60,460 bases of DNA, taken from an uncultured Chitinophagaceae bacterium (GTDB taxonomy: Bacteria; Bacteroidota; Bacteroidia; NS11-12g; UBA9320). Position numbers and translations under genes: made by a program. Shown here piece after piece: positions 39,215-47,970 of the stretch (position 1 is its first letter; every line of letters begins with the position of its first letter). Under the pieces are notes generated by a model. That model saw nothing but the letters and a program-made list of their open reading frames with translations. It was not told the DNA's origin and ran no database searches. The stretch is from NCBI GenBank assembly GCA_964647785.1, contig CAZYJD010000003.1, positions 1-60,460 of the forward strand, written 5' to 3'.

Positions 39215-40153
39215 ATGTTAAATAGAAGACTCATCAGGGTAAAAGTGTTTCAGGCATATTACGCCGCTGAAACAGATAAGGAAGATAAATTGGCGCTCAG
39301 AAAGGCTGAATCCTTTTTGATGCACTCACTTGAAGGAATTGAGGAGGCTTTTTTCGCGGCTGTATTATTTCCTTATGACTTGAAACATTTCATGGAGCAG
39401 GAATTCGGAGCAAACGATCAGCCGCACAACCGCCAAAGCGAGCGAAAGAAAGCTGCGCGTCTGCTTTCTTCCATGAGTTTCTGGCAGCGCCTTGAACAAA
39501 CACCTGCTATTCGTGAACGAATCGATAAACCCCGCTATAACTGGAGTCAGGATGCAGCATTTCTCAGGCTGATGCTGAAAGCCCTTTTACAGGAAGATTT
39601 TTTCATCGCAGCTATCGAAAATGAGCAGGTAAGCGATGAATACGATTTTATGCTCAACATGTATGATTTTTTCCTTCTTAAAAACGAAGACTTCATGCAG
39701 CAATTTGAAGGCATGCATATGTATTGGGAAGACGAAAGAACCCCGGTCATGCAGTCCATTAAAAAACTTCTGAAAAATAAGGGGGAAGTGTCTTTGGAAA
39801 TCCCCGAATTATCTCCTGATTGGGAAGATGATTCAAGTTTTGCAAAAGCATTGCTTCGTTGTGCCATTGAAAATGAGGAAGCATACACCAAAATCATTGC
39901 TTCTTTCACCCCCGATTGGGAAACAGACCGAATGGCGAGAACAGATATGCTCATCATGGTGATGGCCATGTGTGAATTTCTTCAGTTCCCCTACATCCCT
40001 GTTAAGGTTAGCCTGAACGAATACCTCGAACTTGCCAAAAGATACAGCACCCCTCAAAGCAGCAAGTTTGTCAATGGCGTGTTAGATAAGTTGCTGAAAA
40101 AACTTCAGCAGGAAAATAAGGTTATTAAGAAAGGAAGAGGTTTACTCGAATAA
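39215..40153 (+). CDS. nusB: Transcription antitermination factor NusB (long Bacteroidota type)
   Basis: MLNRRLIRVKVFQ N-terminus; C-terminal PVKVSLNEYLELAKRYSTPQSSKFVNGVLD. Confidence 0.93.
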   Translation: MLNRRLIRVKVFQAYYAAETDKEDKLALRKAESFLMHSLEGIEEAFFAAVLFPYDLKHFMEQEFGANDQPHNRQSERKKAARLLSSMSFWQRLEQTPAIRERIDKPRYNWSQDAAFLRLMLKALLQEDFFIAAIENEQVSDEYDFMLNMYDFFLLKNEDFMQQFEGMHMYWEDERTPVMQSIKKLLKNKGEVSLEIPELSPDWEDDSSFAKALLRCAIENEEAYTKIIASFTPDWETDRMARTDMLIMVMAMCEFLQFPYIPVKVSLNEYLELAKRYSTPQSSKFVNGVLDKLLKKLQQENKVIKKGRGLLE

Positions 40154-40171
40154 GTGCTTCGCTGAACTTCT

Positions 40172-40179
40172 TAACTTTG
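40172..40179 (+). promoter_or_regulatory. -7 box (TAACTTTG), internal promoter for DUF1573-yajC-coaE
   Basis: Exact TAnnTTTG, 22 nt upstream of ATG 40202. Confidence 0.6.
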
Positions 40180-40201
40180 CAACGGTTATACAAATCGAGT
40201 T

Positions 40202-40693
40202 ATGAAAAAATACGCAATTCTTCTATTTACAACAGCGGTTCTCGCTTCTTGCGGTGGCGGTAATGAGGTAAAAGAAACCAGCCGCATCAACAATGACGAA
40301 CCAAGCTTAGACGCAGAGCTCATCGAACAAAATGGCAGTGCCGAGGAACAAACTTCAACCGAAGGCCGCATCGAAGAGCCCTTCTTCTCATTTGCAGAAG
40401 AAGTTTGGGATTTCGGTGTAATTGTGGAGGGGGAAAAGGTAAGCCACACCTTTAAATTTCAGAACACGGGAGGAGCACCTTTGGTGATCAGCAATGTGAG
40501 CACCACTTGCGGTTGCACGGTTCCTCAATGGCCAAAAGATCCCATACAACCCGGTCAGGGCAGTGAAATAGCCGTAACCTTCGATAGCAATGGGAAAGCA
40601 GGAAACGTTACCAAAGACATCAATATCATTGCCAATACCAACCCTGTTCAGAAGATCATAAGAATCAAAGCACAGGTTGAACCGGCACAATAA
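40202..40693 (+). CDS. DUF1573 domain lipoprotein
   Basis: Lipobox LASC; FKFQNTGGAPLVISNVSTTCGCTVP...FDS. Confidence 0.9.
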   Translation: MKKYAILLFTTAVLASCGGGNEVKETSRINNDEPSLDAELIEQNGSAEEQTSTEGRIEEPFFSFAEEVWDFGVIVEGEKVSHTFKFQNTGGAPLVISNVSTTCGCTVPQWPKDPIQPGQGSEIAVTFDSNGKAGNVTKDINIIANTNPVQKIIRIKAQVEPAQ

Positions 40694-40708
40694 GATTAAC
40701 AACATATT

Positions 40709-40993
40709 ATGAACCCAGCAAACATGAACCTCATTTTCATCGGACTGATGATTGCCGTTTTTTATTTCTTCATCATCTTACCCCAAGTGCGCAAAACCAA
40801 GGCGCAAAGAAAATTCATGGATGAATTGAAAAAAGGTGACAAAGTTGTTACCACTGGTGGTCTTCACGGAAAAGTAGATTCTTTGGATAAAACCACCATC
40901 ATGCTGGATGCTGGCGGTGGCATCAGACTGAAAGTTGAAAGAAGTGCCATCAATATGGACACAACCCAGCTATTGGAAAAGAATCAGTCATAA
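40709..40993 (+). CDS. yajC: Preprotein translocase subunit YajC
   Basis: TM + FYFFIILPQ, LKKGDKVVTTGGLHG. Confidence 0.95.
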   Translation: MNPANMNLIFIGLMIAVFYFFIILPQVRKTKAQRKFMDELKKGDKVVTTGGLHGKVDSLDKTTIMLDAGGGIRLKVERSAINMDTTQLLEKNQS

Positions 40994-41614
40994 TTGATTA
41001 ATCAACGGCATCTGAAAGCGGGAATTACAGGAGGAATCGGGGTCGGTAAATCAACGGTGTGCAAAATATTTACGCGCCTTAATATTCCGGTATATCAGGC
41101 CGATGATCGAGCCAAGTTTTTGATGAACAACGATGAAGACATCATCAAAAAGGTTCGTCAGGCATTTGGTTGGGATGCCTACGACCGTCAAAATAAACTG
41201 AACCGCCCTTATCTGGCCAAAGTTGTTTTTAATGACCCCAGACAGCTTAAAATTCTCAATGCCATTGTACACCCTGCCGTACTTCAGGACTATAACGATT
41301 GGGTAAAAGCACAAGAAGACATTGCTCCTTACAGCATCAAGGAAGCGGCCATCATGTTTGAAACCGACAGTTACAAACAGCTTGATCGCATCATTGTGGT
41401 AACTTCTCCCATCAATACGCGCATAGAACGTATCATGAAGCGCGATCACATGAAACGCGATGAAGTTCTGAAACGCATAGAGAACCAGATGACCGATAAA
41501 GAGCGACTGGAAAAGGCAGATTATGTTATCCGCAACGATGGCAAGCATTCTCTCATTAAACAATGTCTGGAAATACATCATGAAATCCTGCAACTTTGCA
41601 GTGCAACCGCCTAA
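40994..41614 (+). CDS. coaE: Dephospho-CoA kinase
   Basis: TTG start; GITGGIGVGKST, ADDRAK, IVHPAV, KEAAIMFE. Confidence 0.95.
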   Translation: MINQRHLKAGITGGIGVGKSTVCKIFTRLNIPVYQADDRAKFLMNNDEDIIKKVRQAFGWDAYDRQNKLNRPYLAKVVFNDPRQLKILNAIVHPAVLQDYNDWVKAQEDIAPYSIKEAAIMFETDSYKQLDRIIVVTSPINTRIERIMKRDHMKRDEVLKRIENQMTDKERLEKADYVIRNDGKHSLIKQCLEIHHEILQLCSATA

Positions 41615-41616
41615 AT

Positions 41617-42129
41617 ATGAACAATCATAACAACAGACAGGTTCTAGATCATCTTGCCATATTGAGAAGAATACGGCGCATGGCCTGGCAGATGTATGAA
41701 GAATCTTATGCTGAAGATGAGATGGTTATTGTAGGAATCAAAGAAGCGGGTTTACACATTGCCAAACTACTCAGCGATGAACTCGAACGCATCGGAGGAG
41801 AAATGACCATCACTCTTATTGGAGTAAGTGTGAACAAACAAGCTCCATTTGCATCTGAAATTCAGTTTGATCAGGAATTGGATATTAAATCGAAATCAGT
41901 GATTTTGGTCGATGATGTACTCAATACAGGAAAGACCCTGATTGCTGCATCCATTCCTCTGCTGCAGTCTTCTCCAGCAAGACTTAAGACAGCAATTTTA
42001 GCCAACCGCGACCACAAGCAATATCCGATTGCAGCGGATTACGTAGGCATTTCACTCGCCACCACCCTGGAAGAACACATCACTTTCAGCATCTCCGAAA
42101 ACGGTGAAATGAGTGTTCAACTCGATTGA
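41617..42129 (+). CDS. Phosphoribosyltransferase (PyrR/UPRTase-like)
   Basis: IRRMAWQMYE; PRPP loop ILVDDVLNTGKT; YPIAADYVG. Confidence 0.85.
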   Translation: MNNHNNRQVLDHLAILRRIRRMAWQMYEESYAEDEMVIVGIKEAGLHIAKLLSDELERIGGEMTITLIGVSVNKQAPFASEIQFDQELDIKSKSVILVDDVLNTGKTLIAASIPLLQSSPARLKTAILANRDHKQYPIAADYVGISLATTLEEHITFSISENGEMSVQLD

Positions 42130-43718
42130 TTGACTCCGGTTTCTAGCTCCATTCGTCTCACTGCCTCTTGGGCACAACGCATTCCATCTACAGCGGCAGA
42201 CACAATTCCGCCTGCATATCCCGCGCCCTCTCCACAGGGATATAATCCAGCAACATCGGGATGCTGAAGATTCGTGGGGTCTCTCGGTATTCTAACGGGG
42301 CTTGAAGTTCTGCTTTCTGTTGCCACCAGCACTGCATCAGGGCTATGATAGCCCTTCATTTTCTTTCCAAACTGAATCAAGCCGTCCCTCAACGCCTTTG
42401 TTACAGCGACTGGCAGTACCTGGCTCAAATCAGCAGAGCGAATTCCCGGCACATAAGAACATTCAGGAAGACTCGATGACAAACGGCCTTCAATAAAATC
42501 GGTCATGCGCTGGGCAGGAGCTACCAAATTCCCACCGCCTGCAATATTTGCCTTTGCCTCCGTTTCCTCCTGAAACTTCAATGCAGCAAGTGAGCCATAT
42601 TCCCCAAGCCAAGATTTCCAGTCGACCGGGCCCACAGAAACCACCATGCCGCTATTGGCAAATTTCCCATTCCTCTTCGAGGGCGACCAGCCATTTACCA
42701 CCAGGTGATTTTGATCGGTGGAAGCTGGTGCAATGATCCCCCCGGGGCACATGCAAAAACTAAACACCCCCCTCCCCTTTGCCTGGGTAACCAAGTTGTA
42801 ATAGGCGGGCGGTAAATAGGCATCCCGAAGGTCGCAATGGTATTGAATGCGGTCAATTTGTTCCTGTGGATGTTCGATGCGCACACCTAAGGCAAACTCC
42901 TTGTTTTCGAGCTGTATGCCTTTTTGGTGCAGTAGTTCGTAAATATCGCGAGCACTGTGTCCAGTTGCCAGAATGAGATCCCTTCCTGCAAAAAAACGGC
43001 CATCATTAAGTTCTACCCCTTCCACCCCGTGCTCACCCATGCGGATATCAGTTATTTTGGCTTCAAACAAGATTTCACCGCCCTTTTCGCGTATGCTGTT
43101 GCGGAGGTTCTCCACTATTGCAGGTAATTTATTGGTACCGATATGCGGTCTGGCATTTATACGGATGTCAGCCGATGCACCGTGTTGTATAAGGATATCG
43201 AGCACCTTGTTTACCTGCCCCCTTTTTTTCGAACGGGTATAGAGCTTCCCATCGCTATAGGTGCCTGCTCCTCCTTCTCCAAAACAATAATTGCTGTCGG
43301 GATCAACCTGTCCGAGGCGATTGAGTTGTGCGAGATCCCTTCTTCGTTCTCTTACCATCTTGCCTCGCTCCAGTACCACCGGTCTGATGCCATGTTCGAG
43401 CAGCTCAAGGGCAGCAAAAATACCCGCAGGACCAAATCCTGCAATCAGTACTTCACGCTCTTTAAGCGTTTTGGGATAAACCGGCTGAAAGGCATCCTGC
43501 GGTAGCAATTTACCATCGGTGCAATATTGGATCTGCAACAAAATGCGAACGGGGCTTCTGCGGGCATCAATCGATCTGCGTGAAATGCGCCAATCACTTA
43601 TTTGATCGGCCGTTAAGCCCCCTCCTTTACACAATGCCCTGAATACCTCCGCTTCTACTGCCGCATCTGCAGGAGAAAGATGCAATTCTATTTCCGAAAA
43701 TGGTCCGCTTTTTTGCAT
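42117..43718 (-). CDS. FAD-dependent oxidoreductase (uncharacterised FAD-dependent dehydrogenase family)
   Basis: Start ATG 43718; IAGFGPAG, FGEGGAGTYSDGKL, PHIGT, FCMCPGG, ESRTSSPVRI, YPCGEGAGYAGGI. Confidence 0.9.
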   Translation of the reverse strand: MQKSGPFSEIELHLSPADAAVEAEVFRALCKGGGLTADQISDWRISRRSIDARRSPVRILLQIQYCTDGKLLPQDAFQPVYPKTLKEREVLIAGFGPAGIFAALELLEHGIRPVVLERGKMVRERRRDLAQLNRLGQVDPDSNYCFGEGGAGTYSDGKLYTRSKKRGQVNKVLDILIQHGASADIRINARPHIGTNKLPAIVENLRNSIREKGGEILFEAKITDIRMGEHGVEGVELNDGRFFAGRDLILATGHSARDIYELLHQKGIQLENKEFALGVRIEHPQEQIDRIQYHCDLRDAYLPPAYYNLVTQAKGRGVFSFCMCPGGIIAPASTDQNHLVVNGWSPSKRNGKFANSGMVVSVGPVDWKSWLGEYGSLAALKFQEETEAKANIAGGGNLVAPAQRMTDFIEGRLSSSLPECSYVPGIRSADLSQVLPVAVTKALRDGLIQFGKKMKGYHSPDAVLVATESRTSSPVRIPRDPTNLQHPDVAGLYPCGEGAGYAGGIVSAAVDGMRCAQEAVRRMELETGVNQSS

Positions 43719-43725
43719 AAAGGAA

Positions 43726-43733
43726 CAAAGATA
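43726..43733 (-). promoter_or_regulatory. -7 box (TATCTTTG) 7 nt upstream of ATG 43718
   Basis: Exact TAnnTTTG on the minus strand. Confidence 0.65.
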
Positions 43734-43842
43734 CATCCTGGTGATATGTGCATAAAAAGGAAATAACTTATGCTGCTCACAAGCTTCATTTACAGTGGGT
43801 TTTGGCACTTATTTTGTTTTTTTGCTGCTTAATATTCATTCA

Positions 43843-44688
43843 ATGAGCAGTATTTCCGAACTGCAACGCCTCGTTCCGCAGGTACGCAGAGACATCGTTC
43901 GCATGGTACATGCAGTGCAATCGGGCCATCCGGGTGGTTCTTTGGGTTGCACCGAATTTTTTGTAGCCATGTTTTTTAACATCATGGACCATCAACCCAA
44001 TCCTTTTCAGCCGGAAGGAAAAGGTGAAGATGTCTTCATCTTAAGCAATGGTCATATTTCTCCTGTTTATTACAGCGCTCTTGCAAGAAGCGGATATTTT
44101 CCGGTGGCGGAATTAAGCACTTTCAGAAAGTTGAATTCAAGATTACAGGGTCATCCTGCTACTGAAGAAGGTTTACCAGGCATTCGGATTGCTTCGGGAT
44201 CATTGGGTCAGGGGCTTTCTGTGGCCACCGGCATTGCTCTTTCTAAGAAACTCGCAAAAGACGATAAAAATGTTTTTGTTCTCTGTGGGGACGGCGAATT
44301 GCAAGAGGGGCAAAATTGGGAAGCCATCATGTTTGCTGCCCACAACAAAGTAGATAACCTCATCGCAGTGGTCGATTTTAATGGGCAGCAAATTGATGGT
44401 TCCACGAAAGATGTAATGGGAATGACTGAATACAAATCAAAATTTGAATCCTTTGGATGGACCACCTTGCAGATGGAAGGAAATGATTTGGAAAGCATTC
44501 TGTTTACCATGAAGGAAGCCAAAGCATTAAGTGGAAAGGGCAAACCTGTTTTCGTGATTATGAAAACTGAAATGGGTCATGGGGTCGATTTTATGATGGG
44601 CTCACACCAATGGCATGGAATTGCTCCGAATAATGAACAATTGGCTGAAGCACTTGCTCAAAACGAAGAAACAATTGGCGACTATTGA
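43843..44688 (+). CDS. tkt: Transketolase, N-terminal (TPP-binding) subunit
   Basis: Start ATG 43843; SGHPGGSLG, SNGH, LQGHP, GSLGQG, GDGELQEG...N TPP motif. Confidence 0.93.
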   Translation: MSSISELQRLVPQVRRDIVRMVHAVQSGHPGGSLGCTEFFVAMFFNIMDHQPNPFQPEGKGEDVFILSNGHISPVYYSALARSGYFPVAELSTFRKLNSRLQGHPATEEGLPGIRIASGSLGQGLSVATGIALSKKLAKDDKNVFVLCGDGELQEGQNWEAIMFAAHNKVDNLIAVVDFNGQQIDGSTKDVMGMTEYKSKFESFGWTTLQMEGNDLESILFTMKEAKALSGKGKPVFVIMKTEMGHGVDFMMGSHQWHGIAPNNEQLAEALAQNEETIGDY

Positions 44689-44723
44689 ATAATAAAGCAG
44701 CAGTATATCAGGTTTATCATATC

Positions 44724-46091
44724 ATGAAACACAAGTGGATATGGCTGCTTTTGTTGGGTGCTTTTGCCGCGTCACCGTCTTTTGCTCAGTATAAAAAGCC
44801 TAAAACAAGAATCTTATTTTTACTGGATGCCTCAGGTAGCATGTATGCGCGCATGGGGTCTGACAACCGCATCAATACTGCCAAAAGGCTACTTAGTCAG
44901 ATGGTGGATAGCCTTCGGCAGTTTGAGGAAGTAGAACTGGCTTTGCGCGTTTATGGTCACAATACGCCAAAAGAACAACGCAATTGTGAAGACACAAGAC
45001 TGGAGGTCCCTTTCAGTTGGAAAAACCATGATTTCATCATAGAAGAGATGCAAGCCATTCGGCCAAAAGGCACTACGCTGATTGCCTATAGTTTGCAACA
45101 GGCGGCATATGACTTTCCAATCGATCGGGAGGTGAGAAACATCATCATCCTGATAACCGATGGTATTGAAGAATGTGATGGCGATCCATGCGCCGTATCG
45201 ATGGCTCTTCAAGAGCAGGGGGTTGCTTTGAAACCTTTCATCATTGGCGTCGGGCTGGATGCACAATTCAGGAGTGAGTTTGATTGCGTGGGCCGTTACT
45301 TTGAAGCCAATACCGAACAACAATTTCAAGAAGTATTAGGAGTGGTAATCACGCAGGCGCTTAACAATACCACGGCCCAAGTAAATCTGCTCGATGATTT
45401 CGGTCAAGCCCTGGAAACAGATGTCAACATGACTTTTTACGATCACCATCGAAAAACGATGGAGTACAATTTCATGCACACCCTGAATAACCGTGGCGTG
45501 CCAGATACAATGTACATCGATCCTGGAATGAGCTATGATATTGTGGTTCATACCTTGCCTCCGGTAAAAAAGGAGAATATTGAAATAAAAGCCGGTAAGC
45601 ACAACATTATTCCAATTGAAAGCGGCAGAGGAAATCTTCGACTGGAAATTGATGGTGTTACCAATTACAATCGCCTCATTGGCTTGGTTAAAGACCCATC
45701 GAACAATCAGATCATTCATCATCAGGACTTTAATACTGAACAGAAGTATCTCACCGGTTCATACGACATTGAAATTCTCAGTACACCCAGAATTATTCAG
45801 AAAGGACTGAAAATCAGTCAGGATAAAATAACCACCCTTAAAATACCACAACCAGGAAAACTAAACCTCATCACGCGCATTGCATTCGTGGGAGGAATTT
45901 ATCGCTTGCGAGAAAATAAAATGGAATGGGTATGCGACATACAGGCTGCTCAGGGACGGCAATTAATCGTCATTCAACCGGGCAATTATTACCTCATAAC
46001 GAGAAACAGCCTGGACAAGGATATCTTGAAAACCAAAGAACAAAAATTCGAAATAAAATCAGGGGAAGTAACCCAAATAGCCCTTTATTGA
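44724..46091 (+). CDS. Exported VWA (von Willebrand A) domain protein
   Basis: Signal peptide (MKHKWIWLLLLGAFAASPSFAQ; alternative TTG start at 44685); MIDAS DASGS...T...TDG; beta-rich C-terminal repeats. Confidence 0.88.
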   Translation: MKHKWIWLLLLGAFAASPSFAQYKKPKTRILFLLDASGSMYARMGSDNRINTAKRLLSQMVDSLRQFEEVELALRVYGHNTPKEQRNCEDTRLEVPFSWKNHDFIIEEMQAIRPKGTTLIAYSLQQAAYDFPIDREVRNIIILITDGIEECDGDPCAVSMALQEQGVALKPFIIGVGLDAQFRSEFDCVGRYFEANTEQQFQEVLGVVITQALNNTTAQVNLLDDFGQALETDVNMTFYDHHRKTMEYNFMHTLNNRGVPDTMYIDPGMSYDIVVHTLPPVKKENIEIKAGKHNIIPIESGRGNLRLEIDGVTNYNRLIGLVKDPSNNQIIHHQDFNTEQKYLTGSYDIEILSTPRIIQKGLKISQDKITTLKIPQPGKLNLITRIAFVGGIYRLRENKMEWVCDIQAAQGRQLIVIQPGNYYLITRNSLDKDILKTKEQKFEIKSGEVTQIALY

Positions 46092-46094
46092 TCT

Positions 46095-47054
46095 ATGAAA
46101 ACCTTTAACGTAACAGAAAAGAAAGACACCCGATCCGGTTTCGGGGCAGGTCTGCTCGAGCTTGGTCGTAGCAATGACAAAGTGGTAGCACTTTGTGCTG
46201 ATCTTACCGGCTCACTGAAGATGGATGCCTTTGAGAAAGAATTCCCGGAGCGCTTCTTTCAGGCGGGTATTGCCGAAGCAAATATGATTGGTATGGCGGC
46301 GGGATTGGCCACCGGCGGCATGATTCCCTTTACCGGCACGTTTGCCAACTTCTCTACAGGTAGGGTTTATGATCAAATTCGGCAGAGTGTGGCCTATTCA
46401 AATAAGAATGTAAAGGTTTGCGCTTCGCATGCTGGACTTACCTTAGGAGAGGACGGAGCCACGCATCAAATTCTAGAAGACTTAGGCCTCATGAAAATGC
46501 TCCCGAACTTCACCGTAATCAACCCCTGTGATTACAACCAAACCAAAGCAGCCACCATTGCCATTGCAAATCATGAGGGCCCAGTGTATCTTCGATTTGG
46601 CCGCCCAAAATGGCCCGTATTTACCGATCCCGACCAGCAATTTATCATTGGAAAAGCATGGCAGATCGATGAAGGTAGTGATGTGAGTATTTTTTGTACC
46701 GGTCATTTGGTATGGAAAGCCATAGAAGCTGCTCAGATACTGGCTGAAAAAGGCATATATGTTGATTTGATTAATATCCATACCATCAAACCACTCGATA
46801 CAGAAGCAGTGCTAAAATCAGTAGCCAAAACCCGTTGTGCGGTAACCGCAGAAGAACATCAAATTGCTGGTGGTTTGGGCGAAAGTATTGCATCGCTGTT
46901 GGGGCGAAATCAGCCCACACCCATTGAAATGGTGGGCGTAAACGATCATTTTGGAGAAAGCGGAACGCCCGATGAATTGTTGATCAAATACGGTCTCGAT
47001 GCCACAAACATTGTTGAAGCCGCCCAAAAAGTTATTGCCCGTAAAAATGCTTGA
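46095..47054 (+). CDS. tkt: Transketolase, C-terminal (pyrimidine-binding) subunit
   Basis: TRSGFG, ADLTGS, GIAEANM, RVYDQIRQS, GEDGATHQ, YLRFGR, HTIKPLD, AEEHQ. Confidence 0.93.
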   Translation: MKTFNVTEKKDTRSGFGAGLLELGRSNDKVVALCADLTGSLKMDAFEKEFPERFFQAGIAEANMIGMAAGLATGGMIPFTGTFANFSTGRVYDQIRQSVAYSNKNVKVCASHAGLTLGEDGATHQILEDLGLMKMLPNFTVINPCDYNQTKAATIAIANHEGPVYLRFGRPKWPVFTDPDQQFIIGKAWQIDEGSDVSIFCTGHLVWKAIEAAQILAEKGIYVDLINIHTIKPLDTEAVLKSVAKTRCAVTAEEHQIAGGLGESIASLLGRNQPTPIEMVGVNDHFGESGTPDELLIKYGLDATNIVEAAQKVIARKNA

Positions 47055-47073
47055 TTAGGCGAATTTTGCCTAA
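47055..47073. terminator. Short hairpin between convergent genes (possible weak terminator)
   Basis: TTAGGCGA-ATT-TTGCCTAA stem right after the tkt-C stop; no clear U-tract. Confidence 0.3.
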
Positions 47074-47090
47074 CCAATTGCCTTGAGTTT

Positions 47091-47969
47091 TCACCTCAAA
47101 GTATCACTTTCCAACCAGGTGCCGGCAAAAATGCCCAAACCTCCATTGACATTGCTGTGCACCACTATGCCATCATTGAATAGGTTCGCTGGGTCGTCTA
47201 TCTGTTCTTTGAAGGCCGCCAAACTAACAAAATAGCGGTAATAATCTTCACTCAATACGCGAAGCTGTATGAGGTATTTCTCATCAGGATTATTAAACAC
47301 CAATCCCGCAGGTGGCACGGCCACAAACTCCTTTAGCTGTCCGTTAAATAGTTGGTCACTTACAACAAACCCACCATCTGCTGTGCTCACGGTCTCCGGA
47401 GCATTTAAACTGGGGTCATCGGTATTGAAATCAAATGGCAACCACTCTCCCAGCGTTACACTGAAGTAATAGAAGTTGAGTTTATAGTAATTGTTTTCAT
47501 TGGCTCGATCTCGGAAAGACACCTTTAAAAGGTCACTGGTATTTCCATTGTTATCCGTTCCACCATCAATGATGTATGTGGCATTTTTTTCTTGCAAAGT
47601 TGACGGGATTTGGGCGTTGGATGTTACCGAAATAAGTCCGGGGTAGGAAGCCCGAACGGTATAACTAACTCCTGCCGCTGGAATCTCAGTGCTGATGTAA
47701 CGTTTAAAAAAGCCATCGTAGATGAGGGGGATTTCCTGATTGCCCTTCAACAAAACAATGTTCACCCCTTCCAGTACTTCTGCTTCTTTATTCACATAAG
47801 CTGAAGCCGAACTCGATGCTTCAATGCTAATGGGTTGTTGATTGTTCAACTCAGCATTCAAAACCAGCTTCTCTTCAAATTCAGGCAAATCAGCAAAGGG
47901 TATCTCCCGGTCACAGGCGCTGATTGTGATTAAAGCGATGAGGCTCAGGTATATTTTCAATTGCTTCAT
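47091..47969 (-). CDS. DUF4249-type lipoprotein (partner of the TonB-dependent receptor)
   Basis: Lipobox ISAC; KLVLNAEL, FRDRANENNYY, LSEDYYRY, HSNVNGGLGIF; directly downstream of the receptor. Confidence 0.85.
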   Translation of the reverse strand: MKQLKIYLSLIALITISACDREIPFADLPEFEEKLVLNAELNNQQPISIEASSSASAYVNKEAEVLEGVNIVLLKGNQEIPLIYDGFFKRYISTEIPAAGVSYTVRASYPGLISVTSNAQIPSTLQEKNATYIIDGGTDNNGNTSDLLKVSFRDRANENNYYKLNFYYFSVTLGEWLPFDFNTDDPSLNAPETVSTADGGFVVSDQLFNGQLKEFVAVPPAGLVFNNPDEKYLIQLRVLSEDYYRYFVSLAAFKEQIDDPANLFNDGIVVHSNVNGGLGIFAGTWLESDTLR

Positions 47970-47970
47970 G

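Noticed and set aside
39215-40153. NusB about twice the E. coli length
   Set aside because: A long NusB with a central insertion is normal for Bacteroidota.
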